A stretch of DNA of 64,000 nt from Squalus acanthias. Its lineage: Eukaryota. The position numbers were made by a program, and so were the translations under genes. Shown here one piece after another: positions 35,319 through 49,900 of this stretch (the stretch's first letter is position 1; every line of letters begins with the position of its first letter). The stretch covers positions 3,534,001 through 3,598,000 of the forward strand of contig JASTWF010000034.1 of the NCBI GenBank assembly GCA_030390025.1, in the 5' to 3' direction. The notes under the pieces are model-generated. The model was not told the origin of the DNA. It made no database searches and worked only from the letters and a program-made list of their open reading frames with translations.

Positions 35319-38300
35319 GGGGTTTGGATAGGCTAGATGGTGAAAGACTTTTCCCACTAATTGATGGTACAAGGACCAGGGTGGAAGTGGTGGAAGCAGA
35401 GACACTCAATGTTTTCAAGGGGAAACTGGATAGGCACTTGAGGGAAATTAACTTGCAGGGCTACGGGGATAGAGCGGATGAATGGGACTGACTGGATTGC
35501 TCTACAGAGAGCCGGAAATGGACTCGATAGGCCGAATGGCGTCCTTCTGTGCCGTTATGACTCTATGACATCTATGAAAGCTAGCATGGATTTGTTAATG
35601 GCAAATCATGTTTGACTAACATAATTGAGTTCTTTGATGAAGTAACGAAGAGGGTAGATGAGGGTAGTGACGTCGATGTTGTGTATATGGACTTTCAAAA
35701 GGCGTTTGATAAAGCACCACACAATGGACTTGTTAGCAAAAGCCGATGCTGTTCAAGGGGCAGCGGCTGTGTGGATACAAGATTGGCTTAGGACAGAAAG
35801 CAGAGAGTAGCGGTGAACGCTTGTTTGTCAGACTGGAGGGAAGTGTGCAGTGGTGTCCCCCAGGAGTCGGTGTCGGTACCACTGCTCTTTTTGATATATA
35901 TTAATGAGCTAGACGCAGGTATACAGGCAAGATTTCAAAGTTTGCCGATGATACGAAATTTGGAAATGTAGTAAATAGTGAGGAGAGTTACAGACTTTAG
36001 GAGGACATAGACAGACTGTTGAAATGCGCAGACACAGGCCAGATGAAATTTAACAGAGAGAAGTGTGAAGTGATTCATTTTGGTAGGAATAATAAGGAGA
36101 GGCAATATAAACTAAATGGTATAATTTTAAAGAGGGTGCAGTAACAGAGAGACCTGGGAGTGTATGTACACAAGTGTTTGAAGGTGGCAGGACAGATTGA
36201 GAAAGCTGTTAAAAAGACACACGGGATCCTTAGCTTTATATATAGAGGCAGAATACAAAAGCAAGGAAGTTATGCTAAACGTTTATAAATCACTGGTCAG
36301 GCCACAGCTGGAGTATTGTGTCCAATTCTGAGCACCACTTTAGGAAGGATGTCAAGGCCTTGGAGAGGGTGTAGAGGAGATTTACTGGAATGGCACCAGG
36401 GATGAGGGACTTAAGTTACGTGGAGAGATTAGAGAAACTGGTTTCCTTGGAGCAAAGATTTGAGCGGAGATTTGATCGAGTTGCTGAAAATCCTGGAGGG
36501 ATTTGATAGAGTAGATAAGGAGAAATTGTTTCTAGTGGCAAAAGGGTCGGTAACCAGAGGACACAGATTTAAGGGAATTGAGAAAAGAACCAGAGACAAC
36601 GTGAGGACAACATTATTTACGCAGCGAGTCGTTGTGATCTGGAATACACAGCCTGAAAGGGCGGTGGAAGCAGATTCAACATAAACTTACAAAAGGGAAT
36701 TGGATTAATACTTGAAGCTGAAAAATTTGCAGGGCTATGGGGAAAGAGCTGGGGAATGTGACTAATTGGATAGCTCTTTAAAAGTGCCGGCACAGGCAGG
36801 ATGGGCCGAATGGGCTCCTCCTGAGCTGCATCATTCTATGATTCTATGAGGGGAGCGGGGTCGGAGACGGGGCTGATTGTACACCCTGTCTTCATGCCCA
36901 GTGAGACTGCACACCAGGAGCAGAGTCTGGTCAATGTCACCCTGTGACACCTCGAGTGGGCGGGGCCCCGGCTGCTTTCTGACATCACTCCTGGCTGCTG
37001 TGTGATTGGCTCCTGACTCCTATGTGATGTCACCTGGAGACAGGTTTCCGCCCCTGTTTACGGCCCATCAGTGGGATGTCAGTGTGGGAGGAGTTGGAGT
37101 GACAGCTGACACTGGGAGTGAGTTTAGTCTCAATAAACAGGGCAAAGGACAGAAAAGAACAAATTAATATTAAGGTTAGAAATGAAACACACTCATTCAT
37201 TGCAAAGATATTCAAATTAAATATAATGTTAGATGAGTGTAGTGCATTTGATGTAGTGTATATGAACTTTAGCAAGGCTTTTGATAAGGTTCCACATGGC
37301 AGACTGGTCACGAAGTTAAAAGCCATGGGATCCAGGGCAAAGTGTCAAGTTGGATTCAAAACTGGCTCGGAGGCAAGAAGCAGAGGGTAATGGTTGATAG
37401 GTGTTTGTGACTGGAAGGCTGTTTCCAGTGGGGTTCCGCAGGGCTCAGTACTAGATCCCTTGCTTTTTGTGGTATATATCAATGATCTTGACTTTAATAT
37501 AGGGAGTATGATTAAGAAGTTTGCAGATGATACTGAAATCGGCTGTGTGTTTGACAATGAAGAAGGAAGCTGTAGACTGCAGGAAGATATCAATAAATTG
37601 GTCAGCTGGGCAGAACAGTGGAAAATGGAATTCAATCCGGTGAAGTGTGAGGTAATGCATTTGGGCAGGGCAAACAAGGAAAGGGAATACACATTAAAGG
37701 GTATGACACTGAGTAGTGAAGAGGAACAAAATGACGTTGGAGTGCATGCTCACAGATCCCTGAAGGTAGCAGGCCAAGTAGATAAGGTGGTTAAGAAGGC
37801 ATACGGAATGCTTGCCTTTATTCGCCGTGGCATAGAATACAAGAGCAGGAGGGTTATGCTTCAACTGTAGAAAACACTAGTTAGGCCTCAGCTAGAATAC
37901 TGCGTGCAGTTCTGGTCACCACATTGCAGGAAAGATGTGATTGCACTGGAGAGGGTTGAGAGGAGATTTAGAAGGATGTTGCCAGGAGTAGAGAATCTTA
38001 GCTATGAGGAAAGACTGGATAGGCTGGGTTTGTTTTCCTTGGAACAGAGGAGGCTGAGGGGAGACCTTATTGAGGTGTATAAAATTATGTGGGGCCTAGA
38101 TAAAGTGGATACATAGGACCTATTTCCCTTAGCAGCGGCGTCAAAAACCAGGGGGCACAAATTTAAAGTAATTGGTGGAAGGTTTAGAGGGGATTTGAGG
38201 GGAAATTTCTTCACCCAGAGGGTTGTGCGGGTCTAGAACTCACTGCCTGATAGGGTGGTAGAGGCAGGAACCCTAACCATATTTAAAAAGTACTTGGATG

Positions 38301-38440
38301 TGCACTTGGGATGCTCTAACATGCAGGGCTACGGACCAACAGCTGGGACGTGGGATTAGGCTGGATAGCTCTTTGTTGGCCGGCATGGACACGATGTGCC
38401 GAAATGGCCAACTTCCGTGCTGTAACTTTCTATGATTCGA
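35319..38440 (+). mobile_element. Three CR1 3' fragments (35319-35575, 35580-36850, 37228-38440)
   Basis: MDFQKAFDK, KFADDT and SSGVPQGSVLDPLLF motifs, each ending in a CR1 tail. A unique GC-rich island (36850-37140) lies between two of them. Confidence 0.85.
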
Positions 38441-38869
38441 TAATCACAGTCACAAAAACAGTCCCACTGTATTCCAGGTAGAGATTCTGGGATTAATATG
38501 AAACATTTTTCAATTGACAGTCTCTGGGAGTGAGCAATATCTCAGGAAGCTGGAGAGGGTCTGGAGAAATGTCGCTGGGTTCACAGAGCAGATTCGGCGG
38601 GAACAAGACCCCCCAGTCTCGGAGACGGGATAAAACGGGAAGCTTCAACAATGATTGGAAAGGTGAGGAACTTTACTGAGAATCCCATTAGTCCAGGATA
38701 TTGCTGAGGTGAGAATCTAACCATTTACTGGGAGCTGATCAACATCTGCCGTCAGGCTCGGCCTTTGATGCGACAAGTTGAGCGGAGCTTAATTCTGAGA
38801 TAAACCTTGCCCTTCACGTGGGAGTGTTTGACACTTAAATGTCCAGGGATCTTTATTCACCACATGCTG

Positions 38870-39765
38870 TAACTGAGCTGGTTGTGCTTCATTGGGCAGT
38901 CTCAAGGGAGCTGTACGCTGCATTGAACACATGCTGTATCTGAGTTGGTTGTGCTTGATGAAACAAATTAGAGCAAGATTTATTCTGTATCTAAACCGTG
39001 CTGTACCTGCCCTGGGAGTGTTTCATGGGACAGTGTAGAGGGAGCTTTACTCTGTATCTAAACTGTAACTGCCCTGTGAGTGTTTGATGGGGCAGTAAAA
39101 TGCAAGATTTCTTCTGTATCTAATCCGTGCTGTACCTGCCCTGTGTGCGTTTCACCGGACAGTGATGTGGGACTTTTACACTGCAACTAACCTGTGCGAT
39201 AGCTGGCCTAGGTGTTTTAGATGGGACAGTGTAGAGGCAGTTCGAATCTGTATCTAACCATTGCTGTACCTGCCCTGGGAGTATTTGGTGGGAGAGTGTA
39301 GACGGCGCTCTATTCTATATCTAACCCGTGCTGTACCTGCCCTGGGAATGTTTGTATGGAGAGTGTAGAGGAAGCTTTACTCTGTATCTAAAGCGTGCTT
39401 TCCAGCCTTTCGAGTGTTTGATGGGAAAGTGACGAGTGAGCTTTACTATTCAATTAACCGTGCTGTACGTGCCCTGGGAATGTTTGATGGGACAGTGCAG
39501 CAGAAGATTTACTCTGTATCTAACCCGTGCTGTACCTGCCCTGGGAGTGCTTGATGTGAATGTGTAGAGGTAGCTTTACTCTATATCTAACCCGTGCTAT
39601 ACCTGCCCTGGGAGTGTTTGATGGGGCAGTGCAGAGGGAGCTTTACTCCGTATCTAAACCGTGCTGTACCTGCCTTGGGATTGTTTCGTGGGGCAGTGCA
39701 GAGGGAGCTTTACTCTGTATCTAAACCGTGCTGTACTTGCCCTGGTTGTGTTTGATGTGAAATTG
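38870..39765. repeat. 67-bp tandem repeat CTTTACTCTGTATCTAACCCGTGCTGTACCTGCCCTGGGAGTGTTTGATGGGACAGTGTAGAGGGAG (~13 copies)
   Basis: Period 67, e.g. TTTACTCT at 39508 and 39575. More degenerate toward the left end. Confidence 0.92.
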
Positions 39766-40179
39766 TAACAGCATTTCCTCTCACTTTATACTCCTGTTCT
39801 GTAACTCTATTTATTCCCTGGCCAATTTGAAACGATAACCAATACACAGAGCAATAAAGATGCAGTTAATTGTTAAATTGGACATTATAACGAACACATA
39901 AGATATTAAAGATGGACCTGAAATGTTAGCTCTGTTTCTCTTTCCATGGTTGATGTCTGGCCTACTGAGTTTTTCCAGCGTTTTCTGTAATAAAGATGCA
40001 GTTAATTGTTAATTTGGACATGGTAACCAATGCATAGCGGATGAGCAGAAATTTCCTGCAACTATATATTGAGAAGACTGATTCCATTGTCTTCGGTTCC
40101 CGCCACAAACTCCATTCTCTAATCAGCGACTCCATTCCTGTCCTTGGCGATTGTCTGAGGCTCAACCAGACTGTTTCTA

Positions 40180-40925
40180 GGAACATAGGAGCAACGGTAG
40201 GAGGGCTTGGATGATCTGCGAACTAACTCTCGAAACACAGCTTTGCCCTACATTCTTGAATACCTTTGGTTAACAACAATCTATCAATCTCAGATTGAAA
40301 ATTAACAATTGATCCCGCACTAATTGCCGTTTGCGGAAGAGAGTTCCAAGCTTCCAGCACCATTTGTGTGTAGAAGTGTTTCCTCATTTCACTCCTGAAA
40401 GGGCTGTCTCTAATTTTTAACGATGGGCCCTATTCGTAGACTCCCCAACCAGCGGAAATACGTTCTCTCTATCTAACCTATCACTTCCCCCTAATATCTT
40501 GAAACATTGATCAAATTACCCCTTAACCCTTTAAATTCCAGAGAATGCAGCCCTAGTTTGTGTAATCTCCTCTCGTGATTTAATCCTTGGTGTCCAGGTG
40601 TTATTCTGGTAAACCTACGCAGCACTCCCTCCAAGGCCAATATATCCTTCCTAAAGTGTGCTGCCCAGACCTGTTCACAGTACCCCAGGTATGGTCTAAC
40701 CAGGGCTTTGTATAGCTGCAAAATAACTTCTGCCCGCTTGTCTTCCAATCCTTTAGATATAACTGCCAACATTCCATTAGACTTTTTGATTATTTTTTTC
40801 CCAGGCCATGACATTTTAATGATCTGTGTACATGGACCCCCAAGTCTCTTTGGACCTCGACTATTTTTAGATTTTAATCATTTAGAAAGTAACCTGTTCT
40901 ATCAGTTTAAGGTCCAAAGTGGATG
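40180..40925 (-). mobile_element. CR1 3' portion directly adjoining the 47-bp satellite
   Basis: KKSNGMLAVISKGLE...LYKALVRPYLGYCEQVWAAHFRKD. Confidence 0.85.
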
Positions 40926-40927
40926 GA

Positions 40928-43900
40928 GACCCAGTACTGAAACCTGGGGAACTACACTGTATACCTCCCGACAGACCCCAGCACTGAACCCTGGGGAACT
41001 CCACTGAATCCCTCCCCCCAGACCCCAGTACTGAATCCTGGGGAACTCTACTGTATATCTCCCCCCAGACTCCAGTACTGAACCCTGGGGAACTCCACTG
41101 TATACCTCCCTCCAACCCCTGCTATTCAACCCTGCGGAAATTCACTGTATATCTCCCTTCGGACCCCAGAACTGAACCCTGGGGAACTCCACTCTATACC
41201 TCCGCTCAGACACCAGTACTGAATCCTGGGGAACTTGACTGTATACCTACCTCCAGACCCCAGCACTGAACCCTGAGGAACTCCACTGTATACCCCCCTC
41301 GAATCCACAACACTGAACCCCGGGTAACAGCAAGGTATACCTGTCTCCAGACACCAGTACAGAACGCTGGGTAACAGCAGTGCCTCCCTCCCTCCAGCCC
41401 CCAGTACTAAAAACTGGGGAACTCAACAGATTACCTCCCTCCAGCCCCCATTACTGAACACTAGGGAACTCCACTGTATACCTCCCTCCAGCCCGCAGTA
41501 CTGAACTCTGGGGAACTCCACTGTACACCCCTCTCCAGCCCCCAGTACCCTACCCTGGGGAATTCCCTGTATACGTCCATCGAGCTCCCAGTACTGTACC
41601 CAGGGGAACTCCACTGCATACCGCCCTCCATACCCCAGTAATGAACCGTGGGGAACTCCACTGTAAACCTCCATCCAGACCACAGTACTGAACCCTGGGA
41701 ACCGCACTGTATACCTCCCTCCAGCCCCCAGTACTGAAACCTGGGGTATTCCACTGTATACCTCCCTCCAGCCACCAGTACAGAACCCTGGGGAACTACA
41801 CTGTATAACTCCCTCCAGCCCCTGCTACGGAACCCTGGGGAACTCCACAGTATACCTCCCTCCAGACCCCAGTACTGAACCCTGGGGATCTCCACTGTCT
41901 ACCTCCCTCCAAACCCTGCTATTGAACCCTGGGGACATTCACTGTATATCTCCCTCCAGCCCCCAGTACTGAAACCTGGGGCTCTCCACTGTAAACGTCC
42001 CTCCAGCCCCCAGTACTGAACCCTGGGGAACTCCACTGTATACCTCCCTCCAGCCTCCCAGTACCGCACCTTGGGGATCTCCACTGTATACCTCCCTCCA
42101 GCACCAAGTACTGAACCCTGGGGAAATCCAGTGTATAGCTCCCTCTAGCCACCCTACAGAATCCTGGTGACTTCCACTGTATACATCCCTCCAGCCGCTG
42201 CTAATGAATCCTGGGGATCTCCACTGTACACCACCCTCCAGCCCCCAGTACCCTACCCTGGGGAAATCCCTGTATGTGTCCCTCGAGCTCCCAGTACTGT
42301 ACCCTGGGGAACTCCACTGCATACCTCCCTCCATTCCCCAGTACTGAACCGTGGGGAATTCCACTGTACACCTCCCTCCAGCCATCAGTATTGAGCCCTG
42401 GGGAACTCTACTGTATTCCTTCCTCCAGACCTCTTTATTGAACCCTGGGGGACTCCACTGTATACCTCTCCGCAGACATCAGTACTGAAACCTGGGGAAC
42501 TCCACTGTATACCCCGCTCGAGCCCCCAGTCTGAACTCTGGGGAGCTCCACTATATCGCTCCATCCAGATCCCAGAACTGAACCAGGGGAACTCGACTGT
42601 ATACCTCGCTCCAGACTCCAGTACTGAAACTTGGGGAACTCCACTGTGTACCTCCCTCCAGCCTCCACTAGTGAGCCCTGGGGAACCGCACTGTATACCT
42701 CCCTCCAGCCCCCCAGTACTGAACCCTGGGCTACTCCACTGTATACCTCCCTCCAGCCCCCAGTACAGAACCCTGGGGAACTCCACTGTATAACTGACTG
42801 CAGCCACTGATACGGAACCCTGGCGAACTCCACTGTATACCTCCCTCCAGACCCCAGTACTGGACCCTGGGGATCTCCACTGTCTACCACCCTCCAACCC
42901 CTGCAACTGAACCCAAGGGAAATTCACTGTATATCTCCCTCCAGCTCCTCAGTACTGAAACCTGGGGATCTCCACTGTAAACCTCCCGCCAGCCCCCAGT
43001 ACTGAACCCTGGGGAACCGCACTGTATACCTCCCTCCAGCCCCCCATTACTAAAACCTGGGGAATTCCACTGTATACCTCCCTCCAGCCACCAGTACAGA
43101 ACCCGGGGAAAATACACTGTATAACTCCCTCAAGCCCCTGCTATGGAACACTGGGGAACTCCACTGTGTACAACCCTCCAGACCCCAGTACTGGACCCTG
43201 GGGATCTCCACTGTCTACCTCCCTCCAACCCCTGCTACTGAACCCTGGGGAACTCCACTGTACAACTCCCTCCAGACAGCAGCACTAAACCCGGGGCAAC
43301 TTCATTGCATAACTCACTGTAGCCCCCAGTACAGAACCCTGGGCAACTCCACTGTATATCTCCGTCCAGCCCCCAGTACTGAACCCTGGTGAGCTCCACT
43401 GCATACCTCCCCACCAGCCCTCAGTACGGATCTCTGGGGAACAGCAGTGTAAACCTTCCCGCCACCCCCAGAACTAAACCCTGGGGAACTCCACTGTTTA
43501 ACGCCCTCCAGCCCCCGGTACTGAACTCTGGTGAGCTCCACTGCATAACTCCCCCACAGCCCTCAGTACGGAACTCTGGGGAACAGCAGTGTAAACCTAC
43601 CCGCCACCCCCAGTACTTAACCCTGGGGAACTCCACTGTACACCACCCTTCAGCCGCATATACTGAACCTTGGGTTGCAGCACTGCCTACCTCCTTCCAG
43701 ACACCAGGAATGAACCGTGGGCAACTCCACTGTATAACTCCCTGTAGCACCCAGTACTGAACCCTGGGGAATTCCACTGTATACCTCCCACCAGACCCCA
43801 GCACTGATCCTTGGGGAACCCCACTGTATACCTCCCCCCAGACACCAGTACTGAACCCTGGGGAACTCCACTGCACACCTTCCTCCAGCCCCCAGTAATG

Positions 43901-46900
43901 AACCCTGGGGTACTCTACTGTATACCTACCTACAGCCCCCAGTACTAAACCCTGGGGAACGCCACTGTATACCTCCAGGCAGACACAAGTACTGAACCCT
44001 GGGGAATTCTACTGTACAACTCCCTCCAGTCCCCAGTGCCGAACCCTGGGTAACTCCACTGTATACCTACCCACAGAAACCAGTACTGAAACCTGGGGAA
44101 CTCCACTGTATACCTCCCTCCAGCCCCCATTACTGAACTTTGGGGAACCCCACTGTATACCTCCCCCCAGACACCAGTACTGAACCCTGGGGAACTCTAC
44201 TGCACACCTTCCTGCAGCCCCCAGTAATGAACCCTGGGATACTCCACTGTACACCTGCCTCGAGACCCCAGTTCTGAAACCTGGGGAACCCCACTGTTTA
44301 TCTCCGTCCAGCCACCAGTACTGAACCCTGGTGAGCTCCACTGCATACCTACCCCGCAGCCCTCAGTACTGAACTCTGGGGAACTGCAAGGTATACATTG
44401 CCGCCACCCCAGAACTAAACCCTGGGGAACTCCACTGTTTAACGCCCTCCAGCCCTCAGTACTGAACTCTGGGGAACAGAAGTGTATACTTCCCGCCACC
44501 TTCAGTACTTAACCCTGGGGAACTCCACTGTACACTACCCTTCAGCCGCATATACTGAACCCTGGGTTGCAGTACTGTCTACCTACTTCCAGACACCAGG
44601 ACTGAAACCTGGGCAACTCCACTGTATAACTCCCTGTAGCAACCAGTACTGTACCCTGGGGACTTCCACTGTATACCTCCCACCAGACCCCAGTACTGAA
44701 CCTTGGGGAACGCCACTGCATACCTCCAGGCAGACACCAGTACTAAACCCCGGCAATTCTACTGCACACCTCCCTCCAGACCCCAGTACTGAAACCTGGG
44801 GAACTCCACTGTATACCTCCCTCCAGCCCCCAGTACTGAAACTTGGGGAACCCCACTGTATACCTCCCCCCAGACACCAGTACTGAACCCTGGGTAACTC
44901 CACTGTACAACTTCCTCCAGCCCCCAGTAATGAACCCTGGGGTACTCTAGTGTATACCTTCCTCCAGCCCCTAGAACTGAACCCTGGGGAACGCCACTGT
45001 ATACCTCCAGGCAGACACCAGTACTGAACCCTGGGGAATTCTACTGTATACCTACCTCCAGACCCCAGTATTGAACCCTGGGCAACTCCACTGTATAACT
45101 CCCTCCTGACCCCAGTACTGAACTCTGGGGAACTCCCCTCTATAGCTCCCTCCAGGCCCCAGTACTGAACCCTGGCGAATCGCCCTGTAAACCTCCCACC
45201 AGCCCCCAGTACTGAACCCTGGGGAACTCCACTGTATACCTCCCTCCAGACACCAGTACTGAACCCTGGGGAGCTCCACTGTATACTTCCCTCTCGCTCC
45301 CAGCACTGAACCCTGGGTAACTCCACTGTATACCTCCCTCCAGCCAATGCTGCTGAACCCTGGGGAACTCCACTGCATACCTCCCTCCAGCGCCCAGTAA
45401 TGAACCCTGGGGAAATTCACTGTATACTTCCCTCCAGCCCCCATTATTGAACCATGGGGAACTCCAGTGTATAGCTCTCGCCAGACACCAGCACTGAACC
45501 CTGGGGAACTGCACTGTATACCTTCCTCCATCCCATGCTGCTGAAACCTGTGGAAGTCCACTGTAATCGTCCCTCCAGCCCCAAGTACTGAACCCTGGGG
45601 GAACTCCACTGTATACCTCCCCCCAGACATCAGTACTGGACCCTGTGGGAACTCCACTGTATACCTCCCTCCAGACTCCAATTCTGAACCCTGGGGAACT
45701 CCACTGCATACCTCCCTCCAGCCAATGCTGCTGAACCATGGGGAAATCTACAGTATACCTCCCTCCAGCCCCAAGTATTGAACCCTGGGGGAACTCCACT
45801 GTATACCTTCCTCCAGCCCCCAGTACTGAACCATGGGGAACTCCACTGTATACCTCCCTTCAGCCCCCAGTACTGAACCCTCGGGAACTCCACTGTATAC
45901 CTCCCTCCAGACCCCAGTTCTGAACCCTGGGTAACTCAACAGTTTACCTCCACCCGGAATCCAGTACTGAACCCTGGGGAGCTCCATTGTATACCTCCTT
46001 CGATCCGCCAGTACTGAACCCTGGGGAGCTCCACTGTATACTTCCCTCTAGCTCCCAGGACAGAACCCTGAGGAACTCCACTGAATACATACCTACAACC
46101 GCAAATACATGACCATGGGTAACAGAACTGCCTACCTCCCTCCAGCCCCCAGTACTGAACCCTGGGGAACTCCACTGTATACCTCCATCCAGGCCCCAGT
46201 AGTGAACCCTGGGGAACTCCACTGTATACCTCCCTCAAGCCCCAGTACTGAAATCTGGGGAACTCCACTGTATACCTGCCTCCAGCCCCCAGTAGTGCAC
46301 CCTAGGGAACTCCACTTTATACCTACTCCTCGCCCCCAGGACAGAACCCTGAGGATCTCCACTGTTTACCTCCCTCCAGCCCGCAGTACTGAACCCTGGG
46401 GAACCGCCATGTAAACCTCCCTCCAGACCCCAGTTCTGCACGCTGGGGAACTCCACTGTATACCTCCCTCCAGCCCCCAGTACTGAAACCTGGGGAACTC
46501 CACTGTATACCTCCCTCCAGACCCCAGTACTGAACACTGGGGAATTCCACTCTATAGCTCCCTCCAGCCCCCAGATCTGAATCCTGGGGAACTCTACTCT
46601 ATACCTCCCTTCAGCCCGCAGTACTGAACCCTGGGGTACTCTAAAGTATACGTCCCTCCAGACCTCAGTACTGAACCATGGGGAACTCCACTGTATACCT
46701 ACCCACAGAACCCAGTACTGAAAACTGTGGAACTCCACTGTATACCTCCCTCCAGCCCTCAGTACTGAACCCTTTGGAATTCCACTGTATACCTCCCTCC
46801 AGACCCCAGTACTGAACCCTGGAGGAACTCCACTGTATACTTCCTGTCAGACACCAGCACTGAACCCTGGGTAACTCCACTGTATACCTCCCTCCAGCCA

Positions 46901-49900
46901 ATGCTGCTGAACCCTGGGAACTCCACTGTATACCTCCTTCCAGCCCTCAGTAATGAACCCTGGGGAAATTCACTGTATACCTCCCTCCAGACCCCAGTAC
47001 TGAACCCTCGGGAACTCCACTGTATACCTCCCTCCAGACCCCAGTACTGAACCCTGGGGAACTCCACAGTTTCCCTCCACCCCGACTCCAGTACTGAACC
47101 CTGGGGAGCTCCATTGTATACCTCCTTCGATCCCCCAGTACTGAACCCTGGGGAACTCCACCGTATACTTCCCTCTCGCTCCCAGGACAGAACCCTGAGG
47201 AACTCCACTGAATACATACCTACAACCGCAAATACATGACCATGGGTAACAGAACTGCCTACCTCCCTCCAGCCCCCAGTACTGAACCCTGGGGAACTCC
47301 ACTGTATACCTCCCTCGAGCCCCAGTACTGAACTCTGGGGAACTCCACTGTATACATGCCTCCAGCCCCCAGTAGTGCACCCTGGGGAACTCCACTTTAT
47401 TACACCACCTCGCCCCCAGGACAAAACCCTGAGGATCTCCACTGTATACCTCCCTCCAGCCCGCAGTACTAAACCCTGGGGAATCGCCATGTAAACCTTC
47501 CTCCAGACCCCAGTTCTGCACGCTGGGGAACTCCACTGTATACCTCCGCCCAGACACCCGTACATAACCCTGGGGAACTCTACAGTATACCTCCCTCCAG
47601 CCCCAAGTACTGAACCCTGGGGGAACTCCACTGTATACCTTCCTCCAGCCTCCAGTACTGAACCATGGGGAACTCCACTGTATACCTCCCTTCAGCCCCC
47701 AGTACTGAACCCTGGGGAACTGCACTGTATACCTCCCTCCAGACCCCAGTACTGAACCCTGGGTTCTCCACTGTTTACCTCCACCCCGACCTCAGTACTG
47801 ATCCTTGGGGAGCTCATCTGTATACCTCCTTCGATCCCCCAGTATTGAACCCTGGGGAACTCCACTGCATACCTCCCTCCAGCCCCCAGTACGGAACCCT
47901 GGGGAACTCCACTCTATATCTCTTTCCAGCCCTCAGATCTGAACCCTGGGGAACTCTGCTCTATGCCTCCGTTCAGCACCCAGTACTGAACCCTGGGTTA
48001 CTCTACTGTACACCTCCCTCCAGACCTCAGTACTGAGCCATGGGGAACTCCACTGTATACCTACCCACAGAAACCAGTATTGAAAACTGGGGAACTCCAC
48101 TGTATACCTCCCTCCAGCCCTCAGTACTGAACCCTGGGGCACTCCACTGTGTACCTCCCGACAGACACCAGTACTGAACCCTGGTGAGCTACACTGTATA
48201 CCTCCCTCCAGGCCCCAGAAGTGAACCCTGGGGAACTCCACTGCATACCTCCCTCGAGCCCCAGTACAGAACCCTGGGGAACTCCACTGTACACCTTCAT
48301 TCAGCCCCCAGTTCTGAACCCTGGGGAAAGCCACTGTATACCTCCAGGCCGATACCAGTACTGAAGCCTGGGGAATTCTACTGTCAACCTCCCTCCAGAC
48401 CCCAATATTGAACCCTGGGCAACTCCACTGTATACCTCCCTCCTGACCCCAGTACTGAACCCTGGGGAATCGCCCTGTAAACCTCCCACCAGCCCCCAGT
48501 ACTGAACCCTGGGGAACAGAAATGTATACCTCCCTCCAGACACCAGTACTGAACCCTTTGGAACTCCACTGTATACGACCCTCCAGACCCCAGTACTGAA
48601 CCCTGGGGGACTCCACTGATTACTTCGCTCGAGTCCACATTACTGAACCCTGGGGATCGCCACTGTATATCTCCCTCCAGCCCGCAGTCCTGAACCCTGG
48701 GGAATCGCCCTGGAAACCTACCTCCAGAACACAGTACTGAACCCTAGGGAACTACACTGTATACCACCCTCCAGCCCGCAGTCCTGAACCCTGGGGTACT
48801 CCACTGTATACCCACCTCCACCCCTCAGTATTGAACCCTGGGGTGTACCACTGTATACCTCCCCCCAGACTCCAGTAATGAACCCTGGGGCACTCCACTG
48901 TATACCTCTACCAGCTCCCATTACTGAATCCTTTGGAATTCCACTGTATACCTCCATCCAGGCCCCAGTAGTGAACCCTGGGGAACTCCACTGTATACCT
49001 CCCTCGAGCCCCAGTACTGAACTCTGGGGAACTCCACTGAATACCTGCCTCCAGCCCCCAGTAGTGCACCCTGGGGAACTCCACTTTATTCCTCTATCTC
49101 GCCCCCAGGACAGAACCCTGAGGATCTCCACTGTATACCTCCCTCCAGCCCGCAGTGCTGAACCCTGGGGAATCGCCATGTAAACCGCCCTCCAGACCCC
49201 AGTTCTGCACGCTGGGGAACTCCACTGTATACCTCCTCCCAGACACCCGTACAGAACCCTGGGGAACTCCACTGTATACCTCCCCCCCCCCCCCCCCCAG
49301 CCCCAAGTACTGAACCCTGGGGAACTCCACTGTATACTTCCCTCCAGCCCCCAGTATTGAACCATGTGAAACTCCAGTGTATAGCTCCCGCCAGACACTA
49401 GCACTGAACCCTGGGGAACTCCACTGTATACCTTCCTTCATCCCATGCTGCTGAAACCTGAGGTACTCCATTGTAACCCTTCTTCCAGCCCCAAGTACTG
49501 AACCCTGGGGGAACTCCACTGTATACCTCCCCCCAGACACCAGTACTGGACCCTGGGGCAACTTCACTGTATACCTCCCTCCAGACTCAAATACTGAACC
49601 CTGGAGAACTCCACTGTATACCTCCCTCCAGCCAATGCTGCTGAACCATGGGGAACTCTACTGTATACCTCCCTCCAGCTCCCAGTAGAGAAGCCTGGGG
49701 AAATTCACTGCATAACTACCTCCAGCCCCTGCTACTGAACCCTAGGGCACTCCACTGTATACCTTCCCCCAGCCCCCAGTACTGAACCCTGGGGAACTCC
49801 ACTGTATACCTCCCTACAGACCATAGTACTGAACCCTGGGATCACCACTGTTTACCTCCACCCCGACCCCAGTACTGATCCTCGGGGAGCTCCACTGTAT

